Position numbers and translations under genes: made by a program. DNA of 64,000 bases from Callorhinchus milii (Eukaryota): assembly GCF_018977255.1 (NCBI RefSeq), contig NW_024704753.1, forward strand, positions 62,001-126,000, given 5' to 3'. Positions within the stretch are counted from its first letter, which is position 1, and every line of letters starts with the position of its first letter. Positions 53,758 to 64,000 of the stretch are shown here, one piece after another. The notes below the pieces were generated by a model that was not told the origin of the DNA, searched no databases, and worked only from the letters and a program-made list of their open reading frames with translations.

Positions 53758-55512
53758 CGGGTATGAGCAGGTCAGAAAGGTAGGGAGATGCAAGGGTGTG
53801 AAGGGATTTCAGTGCAAGGGTAAAGATCTTGAAATTGATCCATTTGCTAGTGGAGCCTAACAAGATGTGAAGGTTGTGGAATTGGGCAAATGTATTGCCA
53901 ATTGATCCACCTGATACTTAAGGTTTACTGCTATTTGAAGTATAATAGAAAATGTTCAATTTCCCAACTTCAACAAATATTACACATATTACCCCCAACA
54001 TTTTAAATACATTTTGAGCTTCCTTTTTAGCTGCCTATCAATACCCAGCAAATTTTCAATATTGATCAACTTTATTTTCAAAATTTTACCTGACCAAAAT
54101 TTTTTTATTATATTGATTTATAAAATGTTAGTTGATTGGCCCTTCCTTTGCACCATTTACATAGAACAGTCTACTTGAACCCACATACAGAATGGCTCTT
54201 CAAATAGCACTTTTCCTTCCATGCTCCTTGTTATTATTTCTATGTATCAATCTTATTCCAAATATCTAAATCCTAGTAGACGTGTGTGAAGGTATTTAAG
54301 GAAGTTCAGTTTGTGAAAATCTGTTTACCAGCATTAAGTAGGAACCTGGTTGTTAGTCGATTGGTGGATCATTTTTCCAGGGATAATAATTTCTTAAAAA
54401 TTATTTTGTCCACAAAATATGGTCGATTCACTTTACAATGACAGCTTGCAATCCAGGCCAGGTAGGCTCTCAGAGCGCTTAAACAGTGGTGGAGCCTGAC
54501 TCCGAGCCAGTGAGTGGGGGGGGGGCAGTGGCCGTAAGCACGGTTGACTTTACAGCACATTCTCACATTCTGTGAAGCGCTTTGAGACGTCTCGAAGGTG
54601 TGATAAGGCACTGTATCATATAAGAATTAGTATTATTTGATATTGCGCCTTATTACGTTGTTGTGACGGCTCCAAGCACTTCACAGAATATACTGTAAAG
54701 TTAATTGACTCTATTTTTGGAGTAAAAGATGGTGATATCTGCCTTATTACCATCAATTCACTTTAAGGGATATATTCTGTGAAACGCTTCTTTGAGATGC
54801 CTCAAATATGTGATAAAGTGCTGTATCAAATGCAAGGATTATTATTATTATATACTGAGAATTGCACGGGGAAAACAGACAAGTTTTTCTCCTATTAAAA
54901 GGACCAACGGGTAGAAATGATAAAATAAAATATGGATCTGCAAAAAATACAAAATATGATGAAATTGAAATTGTCCAAGTCAGGAATACAGTGTGGTCCC
55001 TGTATCTGATTGCTGTGCAATTCTGCAACCAATGAATAGATTTCACTTGAAAAATATAAATGGTGTTTGGTTAGTATTAACAAAAGCACTAGACATGCAT
55101 TCAGTTTACAATGTGAAGTGCTTTATTCAGGAAGCAAATGGATTCAAGGATTCTTCACAACATTTGTTGTATAAACATATAAGACAGTTTGTTAAAGATG
55201 TACACTAAGCACTTTCCTCTGTTAAAGGCAACAATTCCATAGTACTCTTAACAGACATACATTTATATAAATATATTTGTAAACCCTTTAGGGAATAAAA
55301 CTTATTAAATTTGATCTTATATGATTTGAATAGAATTTTTACACCTTGATAAGCATGCCAATATAAAGTACAGTGAAATTGTTTCCACAGCAAACCTTTC
55401 AGAGAAATTGGTTGTAGCAAAGTCGAAGTTACACTACAGTTTCACTAATATCTGTCAGCCCCTACATCTAGTTAACTCTTCTACTATTTGTTCTAAGATA
55501 AACAGTCCTATA

Positions 55513-58500
55513 TCAGCTAGTTGTCGATTTGTCTGAGGTTGTTACGGCATCTTGAGCAGCACATTGCGCTGTGTATTTGATAAAATTCTCCTCACAATGC
55601 TGCACGCACTTGATGAAGTAATTCCGATCACATATGGCCTTCACAAGGTTTGTCTGAACCAGACAAATGTTATACAGCTCTGCAGTGGGAGCAATTCTGA
55701 TTCCATCCTTGACAAATACCTGTTTTAAACGCAAAGTGACATTGTTGGTTTCAATCTAAATAATAACTGCAGGTGGTTGTAATATAAATTGAATAGATCA
55801 CAAACATTTCACCAAGAATGGAGAGTTGCAGCTCTCCATTCAATCTAAATTCAAATTCAATCTAAAACACATTGGGTGATATAAAAATACAATTAATTAT
55901 TAATATGATGTAACAAAGTACCACTATAAGAAAAAATATGGACCACTGACAAACCTAGAATGTAGACCATGAGTTAACACTAAATGTGCTGATGAGGCTG
56001 ATTTGTTTAATGGGATAATGGGATTAATGAGACTGATTTGTACGTTACAACCTTTTATTGTTTTGATAAATGGGACTGTTATTAAAATTAATATATTTCA
56101 TATCAATGTGGCATGACCACGATACCTGTGGATTGACAATGCTGTCAGAATCATTCAGACGGATATTATCATCTATGAAGATATGATGTACACCAGTGTG
56201 GGAAGGATCAATCCACAATGGCTTACCGCCTCTGTTTGAATAATTATTGCGAGCCCACCTTGAAAAAAACACAGAATGTGCAAACTGTAAATTTAGTGTT
56301 CAGCTTGGACTGAGAAATCACAACCGCATGGACGCTTTGAATCACAGTTAGGCAATTTGGTAAGAAATTATTAAGCTATTAGTTATTTATTATTAGGTAT
56401 TTGTGGAGTCCTGTAGCACAGTGGTTAGAGCACTCGCTTTGCAAGCGAGAAACCTGAGTTCAATTCCAGGCAGAGAGCGAAACCTCGGGCAAGTTTCCTT
56501 ACTCCACACAGAGCCTAATAATATTCCCTCCAAAACCCAAAACAATAATAAATTGGTCATTTTCAATCTACGACTGGTTGTGGGACATTGCTGTGCGCCA
56601 TTGGCTGCCGCGTTCGCCCACAAATATACAGTCAATTCACTTTACAGTGTGTTCTGTGAAGCGCTTTGGGACGTCCTCCCGACGTGAAAAGCGCTATATC
56701 AAATGCAAGGATTATTCTTATTCTTATTATTTAAGGCATGTCACTAATAACTTAGTCCAGCCACCCAGTTGTTAACTATTTCTCATAATCACTAATAATA
56801 GTTGGGACTCCTCCCAACGTGAGAAGCGCTATACAAATGTAATTTTTTGTAGTTGTTTCATTTCATTATTATTAAACTGTGCGATTGTCAAAGTAAATAT
56901 AATTATCTGTATTCAATGGGGTAATCTAATGCTAAACGTAGGAACAAGAGGTTCTTTAATTCCTCCCGTCAGTTTATTAGGTCATTGCAGATCTTTTAGT
57001 ACCATTTCGTCATACCTGTTAGTACCCCTAATTTCCAGTATCTATCTCTAAACATAACAAAAGCAGGTAAATTTAGGACTATTGTTTTGCCCAAAATTAG
57101 ATGTAAACTTTCTCTTTAGAATTCCAGAAGTGCATGTTAAAGTTAACTATTGCCATAATACAATATTAAAATGCAATTAGCATCCAATAAGTACCAGAGG
57201 TGAGGTAGTATTTGGCTGAGTCCACTTTTACTAACTCTATAGCATATTGCCAAGATGCAAATTGGCATGTGAGAAATTGCGTATCCGAGTTGTCACAGAA
57301 CACTTATGTTCATTATAAATCACCAGTTCCTTATTAGCGCTATTCTACTTGTGCTTTAATAGATTTACCCATTACTCTGACTGAATGCAAAAATATTTTG
57401 CACATTGCACTGAAAATTGAAATAAAAATACTCCATAACTCACCAGTCAAAATGATCCTGAAAACCTACAATTCCCTTCAACGAGGAAAAGTAATTATAG
57501 AGGCCTCTGCTCTCTGATTTTAAAGAAATTTGATCAGATCCTACAGTCAGAACCACATTATCTGGACTGCAGCGGATCCGTCCCTCGACCATGCTGATTG
57601 GAAGCTAGAGAAAAAAATAGTGAAAACTTTATTTATTAGTTGGCTTAACCCGATAAAAATGCAACAAAGCTGGCTAGTGGGAAAATACACCACCTGATGC
57701 ATTTACCTATTCAGGTTAGAAGGTTGTAAATTTGATTCTACAGTAAGTAATAATAATCCTTATATTTGATATAGCGCCTCTCATGTAAGGACAGCTCAAA
57801 GCACTTCCCGGGATTTACTATGAAGTGTAGTGACTGCGTATTTTATAGGCAAACATGGCAAACAACCTGTGCACAGCACCAATATTTAGGTGCAACGAGT
57901 AGAATGGCATTCTACTATGCTCTAATGTCTAAGATTTATTTACTTCTAACTTCACTTACTTGCTTCATTTGCAGATGTTTATATTCAGGGTGATTGCCTG
58001 ACAGGGCAAACTGAATTGTTTCCAAAGTTCTGCACAGATCTGTCCCAAACGTTCGAAATATTATTGCAAATTCTCTATTCTGTGATAACAAGTCATCAAT
58101 GAACTCGAAAAAAGCTGGTAGGATCCAGTGATAGTGTTTCCCATCCTCTCCAGTAGTAGACAGTAGCTCATCATATGGATTTTGCCATTCCAGTTTCTGC
58201 AGACAGTCACTGTGAATCTTTTTAAAGGGTTGTCCATCAGCCGTCTCTGTGAAGTCCAGCACCCTCCCAAACTGTGAATAATAGCTCACAGCACCATCGC
58301 AAGGAGGGTTTAGAGAGAGTACACTACTTAGCCATTCCCACCTGCCTGAAATAAAAGTTAAATCAGAGTTAGTTGAACTTTGTTGTCAATGCTGCCTCCA
58401 GTTCAATTCAGTCAGGGAGTAATGTTAGGAAAGCGACTCTGATAGAGGTGTTTGAAATCATGTGGAAAATAGGGAAAAATGAAATCCACTGATCAATAAA

Positions 58501-60704
58501 TCAGTAACAAGACATAAATTTAAGATCATTATTAAATTTAAATATTATTATTATTGTCATGACCAAAAGGCAAAGGGAGAGTATGTTTTTTTGATAAACA
58601 ATTCTTTACATACAATTATTAAAATAAAATTACTCACTCAATGGCTTTTTGTGGGACATTTCTGTGCGCAAATTAGCTGCCATGTTTGTCCACAAAATAT
58701 ACGGTCACTCCACTTTACAGTGTATCCTGTGAAGTGCTTTGAGACACCCAGACAAGGTGATAAGGTGCTATATCAAATGCAAAAATTATTATGTTTATTA
58801 TGAGGACATGGAATGCCTCACCGTAATAGCTTTTTAAAGGAAATTAGAAAATGTTTGAAATAAGGTATTAAAAGTGTTTTGGGGTAGAAGAGCAGGGGAA
58901 TAGGACTAAACAGGAGTTCTTTCAGAGACGGCACCGGCATTACGCCTCCTCTTATGCTGTACAATTTTGATCTTAAGTTCTATACTTAAAAAACTCACAT
59001 GTTCTCTCTTCCATCAGGGTGCCTCTAAAACAAATGTTAAGACTCACTCGTCTGTAACTTCCTGGGTGATCATTTTGCCCGCTTTTGTAAATTGGCACCA
59101 CTCCCATTTCCATTGAATTCAACAACTTGCACTTGTATAGAGGCAGGGTAGCATCTCAGAGCGGAGCCCGACTCCAAGCCGGGGTGAGGGAGCGATAAGC
59201 ACGGTCGCACAGGCAAGTTTTCAGATGGGACTCTGAGAGTATTCCAGAGTTTTGGGGCGTAGTGGCTGAAAGCACGATCTCCAATGGTGAGGCGGTGGGT
59301 GTGCGAGGGACGAGCAGGAGGCTGATGCCAGTCAAACGGAGGTTCTGGATGGTGGATTGAGGAGTGAGGAGGTCAAGAGAGATAGGGAGGTGCCGGGAGT
59401 GAATGGAATTGAATACAAGAATGAGGATCTTGAAATTGATCCATTCGGTGATGGAGAGCCAGTGGAGCCTGGGCCAGACTTTGGTCCAGGTCAGTATGCG
59501 GGCAGCAGAGTTTTGAATGAGCTGATTTTGTGAATGGTGGAGCTTGGGAGACCAGCAAAAAGTGTGTTGGAATAATTCAAGCAGGAGGTGATTCCTCCCA
59601 TTTGGATTACTCCAACTCCTACATGAATAATTCATGAAATAAGTTTTTTATACTTGAAATTTGAAAGTAACTGTAATGTGTCACGGCCAATATTTCTAAT
59701 TCAAATTCAACGCATTAATTCCAATTTATTAAGCTACTCATTTAATTGTTTGTGAAATGTTGCTGACACAAATTAGCTGCCATATTTGCCTACATATGAT
59801 TCATTGCACTTCAAGGTGTGCTCAAGAGTAGCTTTTTTAAGTGAGATGTAAACACAGAGAGGGAGTTCCAGAGGTAAAGGGCAAAGTTGCTGGGGACATG
59901 TATCAAGCTCAAATATCTGAGCAAAGCGGGCAAGCAGAAAAGTGGGGTAGAAGATGAAGTGATAGGCATGCAGTTTCCTCCAGGTGAGGATACAGACACC
60001 AGAGGTTTGCATCAGCTGGTGAAACTGGGGAAGCAGCAAGGAATGGGTTTGAGACATTTAGACGAGAAGCAACAAAGGTGAGGGTTTCAAAAGCAATTGG
60101 TATGAGATACGGGCAGAGGCAGATAGTGGAGAAAGGTGAATGAAAGGTTCAAATGAGAAAGTGCTATAAAGAATGGAAGTATTATTAATCATCGTAAAAC
60201 AAGTATGTCATGCTCTAAATGAACACAACCCATATTGCAATTGCTCTTTTGTAAGCTTCTCCACAGCTGTACTACAAAGTTTGGTTCCTGTTGACAGGTT
60301 CTCCACCACCAAATGAAACGTGTTCAAAGAACGTAGCTGGATTTAAACATTAGTGGAGGATGGCATTTTTTAATCTTTGCTTTCTGCTAGTCTCATTACT
60401 TACCACTGAATTCCACTATATTAATTTTATGTGTTCTATCTCTGCAGATTTGTAATGATTGCTGCTTCTGGCACTTACCTATCTGGTTCATCCGACCCCA
60501 GGTCACAGTGGATAGAAAGGAATTAAGAGCATTGCTGGGTCCCTGGCCAGTGACTGTGTCACACAGTAGGATTGTGTTATTTAAATCCAGATGCACAATC
60601 AGTTTTGTTTTTTTGCAATTTAAAGTTGTGGGAATCTCAGTAACTGTTCGGCTTGAATCAGATTTCATATCTTCCATATCTGGATTTGAAAGGAGTGATG
60701 CCAT
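55513..60704 (-). CDS. Uncharacterised HAD-superfamily-like protein, 370 aa (resembles the zebrafish si:dkey-32e6.3 family as I recall it)
   Basis: Exons 60704-60479, 58345-57960, 57604-57444, 56258-56126 and 55719-55513 (TGA) are all GT-AG, phase-consistent, total 1113 nt and have no internal stops. Motifs: KLIVHLDLNNTIL, FAIIFRTFGTD, GGKPLW, HIFIDDNI. The acceptor of the ATG exon is at 60814-60815; a minus-strand AATAAA lies at 55122-55127. Confidence 0.88.
56405..56730 (+). mobile_element. Young tRNA(Ala)-derived SINE (short subfamily), used here as the reference copy
   Basis: A-box TAGCACAGTGG (56414-56424), anticodon-like arm CTCGC-TTTGCAA-GCGAG (56433-56449), B-box GTTCAATTCC, Deu-like GTGGGACATTGCTGTGCGC, tail hairpin at 56660-56695 and a TTA-rich end. 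Confidence 0.92.
59120..59590 (-). mobile_element. L2 3' fragment (old)
   Basis: Translation includes QLIQNSAARILT...LHWLSITEWINFKILILVFNSIH. Confidence 0.75.
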
Positions 60705-60970
60705 TTGTGGAGTTTAATTCTATTTAATTCTTAATTCTAATCAAAAGATTTTTCAGCCGAGATTCCGAGTTTCACGAGATCCAAACATGTGGATTGTGTC
60801 CACGTCCCAATCGCTGTCAACAAAAGAAAAGTCGGTGAAGCTCTGCAAACATCAGAACAATTGTAATTAGTTCAGTTGTTTGTTTACTTTTTAGGATCAA
60901 CATTTATATATAACGTCCCTCAGCGGAGCGGAGCGAGAGGGGGAGGCCGGGGGCGTGGATCCGGGGCGCG

Positions 60971-61487
60971 GGCCCGGTGTGGGGGGGGGGGCCCGGTGTG
61001 GGGGGGGGGGGGCGGGGGGGGGCCGGTGTGGGGGGCGGGGGGGCCCGGTGTGGGGGCCCGGTGTGGGGGGGGGGCCCGCTGTGGGGGGCGGGGTCCCGGT
61101 GTGGGGGGGCCCGGTGTGGGGGGCGGGGCCCGGTGTGGGGGGGCCCGGTGTGGGGGGCGGGGGGGCCCGGTGTGGGGGGGCCCGGTGTGGGGGGGGGGGC
61201 CCGGTGTGGGGGGGCCCGGTGTGGGGGCGGGGGGGCCCGGTGTGGGGGGCGGGGGGGCCCGGTGTGGGGGGGCCCGGTGTGGGGGGCGGGGTCCCGGTGT
61301 GGGGGGTCCGGTGTGGGGGCGGGGGGGGCCCGGTGTGGGGGGCCCGGTGTGGGGGGGGGGGCCCGGTGTGGGGGGCGGGGGGCCCGGTGTGGGGGGGGGC
61401 CCGGTGTGGGGGGCGGGGGGGCCCGGTGTGGGGGGGCCCGGTGTGGGGGGCGGGGTCCCGGTGTGGGGGGCGGGGTGGTCCCGGTGT
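60971..61487 (+). repeat. G-rich minisatellite, about 28 units of (G)n-CCCGGTGT-(G)n with optional CGGGG
   Basis: I count 27 CCGGTGT cores plus one CCGCTGT variant, separated by variable G runs. The strand G skew is extreme. Confidence 0.95.
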
Positions 61488-61489
61488 AA

Positions 61490-61700
61490 TATTATTTACT
61501 ATAACCGCCAAACCTCTCTCCCGGGCAGATGGCGGGAAGTCGGTGTGCGCATGCGCGTATTGCAGTGTCCGGTGTATCCGGGGGTGTGGCCGGTGACGCT
61601 GTGTGACGCTGCCTCTGATTGGCTGCCGCTGATTGGCTGCCTCACGGCCCGGTTCGCGTATGTGCAGTGACGTCATCAGTCAGCGCCGAAAGGCCCACGT
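61490..61700. promoter_or_regulatory. Bidirectional CpG-island promoter shared by SURF6 (+) and the HAD-like gene (-)
   Basis: YY1-like AGATGGCGG overlapping E2F/ETS-like GGCGGGAAGT (61527-61540), NRF1 TGCGCATGCGC (61546-61556), two ATTGG/CCAAT boxes (61618-61622, 61632-61636) and CRE TGACGTCA (61668-61675). It lies between divergent ATGs at 60704 and 61885. Confidence 0.8.
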
Positions 61701-61742
61701 GCAACTGCAGCCGAGAAGCCGAGCGCGACCCCCGACCCCGAC

Positions 61743-61818
61743 CCGCCGCACCCCCCGACCCCGGGCCGCCGCACCCCCCGACCCCGGGCCGCCGCACCCC
61801 CCGACCCCGGGCCGCCGC
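61743..61818 (+). repeat. Perfect 23-bp tandem repeat, 3.3 copies (CCGCCGCACCCCCCGACCCCGGG)
   Basis: Units at 61743-61765, 61766-61788 and 61789-61811, plus a partial unit at 61812-61818. Confidence 0.92.
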
Positions 61819-61884
61819 CTGTGTCCTGTGAACATCGTCCCGTTTCCTGTTTGAAGCCTCTGAGAGTTGGTTATCGCTGACACA

Positions 61885-64000
61885 ATGGCGGACCTGAGTC
61901 TCGCCGCTAAAGACAAGTACCTACAGCGTCTGGGAAGCAAAGTGTGCGCCGCTCAGCGCCAGGAGCCACACCAGCGAAAACTTGGTAAACATTGTTGCAG
62001 AACCCTATTTCCCAGAGGATTGACTGAGTTTCTGGTGAAACTGGTTCTGGATATTAGATTTCAGTGAATTTGGACAGTGATGTTACAGTAAAGAAGATAT
62101 AGAGATTGGCCGAAAGTATTAATACATGAGATTTGGTTTGTGTTGAAGTTCATGTTACAGAACTGTATAATATCTTTCTAGAAATGCTATCTTCAGGATT
62201 TTTTAAAATATTTGAACATTATAAATATGTAAAAATTATTTACATTTGATATATCACCTGTATTTTTTAAATGTCTCAAATTTATGTATGTTTTCTGACT
62301 ATCCAGTGCCTTGGAAGCCATTTGCAGTTTTACGTCCACCTTAAAAAAAACACTCAAATATTTGTGAAATTAGCATAGATTGTTTCCAGTTAAATATAAA
62401 TTGTTTAAAAAGCTCACAACCAGAGGAATTACCTGAAGTTATACCTTAAAGTGGCTGCTGATTACTAATCAGAAATCATCGCTTTGACCCTGTGTTGGTG
62501 TGTGAACGCCCCCCAAAATTTTTTTTATGTAATTTCTTTAAAATTACAAGTTTCCAGAAAGATGGGCACTGAGGAGAGTCATCAACTTAAAAAGAAAAAA
62601 AGAAAGAAGCAGCCTCTGAAGGAACAGAGAGGTTTTCAGGCAGTGAGAGTCGATCTGTCTAAACCTGCTCAGGTGGGAATAAAAGAAAATCAAAATTTCA
62701 GAGGTGAGAAAATTAAAGGTGAAACATGCATGTTAAAATCCACTTGAGATGTTTATATTTATTTCACAAGTTAAGTACTTCAATTGAGTGCTCTTGCTTT
62801 CTCGTCTTCTCTTGCCTGTTGATAGTGACAGTGTTGTAGAAGTGGATTCCACTCCTGGAAATGTGAATTAATAACACCTGAAAATTTAGAAGGAATTTAC
62901 TTTTCTCAAAAGTTAATTGAAAAAGAAATCCAAGAAAATATACAGCAAATTTCAAACAGATTATTTTTGTATAAATGAGATTTAAAGACGGACCCTGAAA
63001 TGTTATTAATGAGCAAAACCTATTTGTAGACTGTGCCCTCCTTCCCCCCACACCCCACTCTCCCCGATCCTGATCCCCAGCTCAGGTCCAAAACACTAAT
63101 TGTCCAGCACCTTAGGACGTCCTCCCGATGTGAAAGGCGCTATACAATGTAATTTTGTTGTTGTGGAGAGATGCTGAGTTGGTCATATATCCTTTCTATT
63201 CTGCAGTTATTTATTGCAGAACTGACTAATTTTACTTATTATCTGGAAATAATACATGTATTTTTAGAGCTCAGTGTTAGTAAGGTATAAAATGAATTGT
63301 CATTTGCAACTTGTGTAAATAGTGCAGTTAAAAAAATTGAAAACTTCATTCATGTAACTGGGACAATTTATAGTGTATTATTTTATGTCACTACAATGGC
63401 TTAATAATAAAAAAATCTTTCAATTGATATAGCTTATTATGTGGTTGAAACATCTCAAAATGCTCACAGGCTTTACAGTAAAATAAGTGACTTTGTATTT
63501 ATGAGGTTAAGACTGAGCTACGACTGTAGCATTATTATTGCGACAGTTGACCTCTTCTTTTCTCTCACAGTTAGCAAAACAGAATTGGGCTCCTTCTCAG
63601 CGGTAAATCTTCTTCGCCAGAGATTGCATGACAAAATTGAAGAATCCCGTGGACAGGTGAATTCAAAAAATTATGTTTCTGTGAGAAGCAAAGCAATGTC
63701 TTCCTTTCCAGTCGCTGCGTTAGTCGTATTGCATCTTGCCTTTTTTGAAAAAAATCAACATAGAATATATACTTTTTTTGAATAGGTCAACCAGAGAGGC
63801 TTGTCATCTGAAGAATTAAAGAAGTTACGTCTGCGTAGAAAACAGGAACGGGAAAGAAAAAAACGAAAACGAAAAGAATTGCGGATAAAGAAAGAACAGG
63901 AGACATTGCCTCAGGAAGAGTGTGTGGCATCAGACACTCAAAAAGGAGAGACAACGCAGGAGTGCAGGAAAGTGGAGGAGCAAATAATCTTCAATAAAAT
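61885..64000 (+). CDS. SURF6: Surfeit locus protein 6 (nucleolar, RRP14 family), 5' part; continues beyond the window
   Basis: Exons 61885-61984, 62551-62703, 63571-63656 and 63786 to the window end. The translation MADLSLAAKDKYLQRLGSKVC...KKKKRKK...FSAVNLLRQRLHDKIEESRGQ...RLRRKQERERKKRKRKELR...IIFNK parallels SURF6 (SLLAKDAYLQSL, LRQRLHEKIQEARGQ, RRKQERDRKKRKRKELR, LIFNK) as I recall it. Confidence 0.92.

Noticed and set aside
56405-56478. tRNA-Ala(TGC) gene
   Set aside because: A/B boxes and an anticodon arm are present, but the acceptor stem does not pair and the sequence continues into the SINE body. It is a SINE head.
60690-60704. The HAD-like protein starts MASLL, the same as human SURF6
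   Set aside because: A five-residue coincidence; no further similarity to SURF6 follows.
60876-61676. Gly-rich and Pro-rich ORFs of 170-264 aa on both strands
   Set aside because: They are artefacts of the stop-free G-rich minisatellite, which is open in several frames at once.

Overview
Vertebrate genomic DNA, gene-dense and intron-rich. The repeat content (L2 LINEs, CR1 fragments, tRNA-headed Deu-type SINEs) suggests a cartilaginous fish, possibly a holocephalan; this is inference. I reconstructed five spliced genes by hand from splice sites and reading-frame phase: the 3' part of NPRL2 (+, 8 exons), complete DCAF1/VPRBP (-, 23 coding exons, 1509 aa), complete KLHDC8B (-, 5 coding exons, 354 aa), an uncharacterised 370-aa HAD-fold protein gene (-, 5 coding exons) and the 5' part of SURF6 (+). 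The most notable items are: (1) the HAD-like gene with a DxN catalytic motif, head-to-head with SURF6 across a promoter flanked by a ~530-bp G-tract minisatellite; (2) a U12-type intron in DCAF1 and a GC-AG intron in KLHDC8B; (3) an L2 LINE / SINE pair sharing a 3' hairpin with a compensatory base-pair change, plus nested and tail-only insertions; (4) a solo LTR. There are no prokaryotic features such as CRISPR arrays. Gene identities and orthologue comparisons rest on recalled sequences, not database searches.
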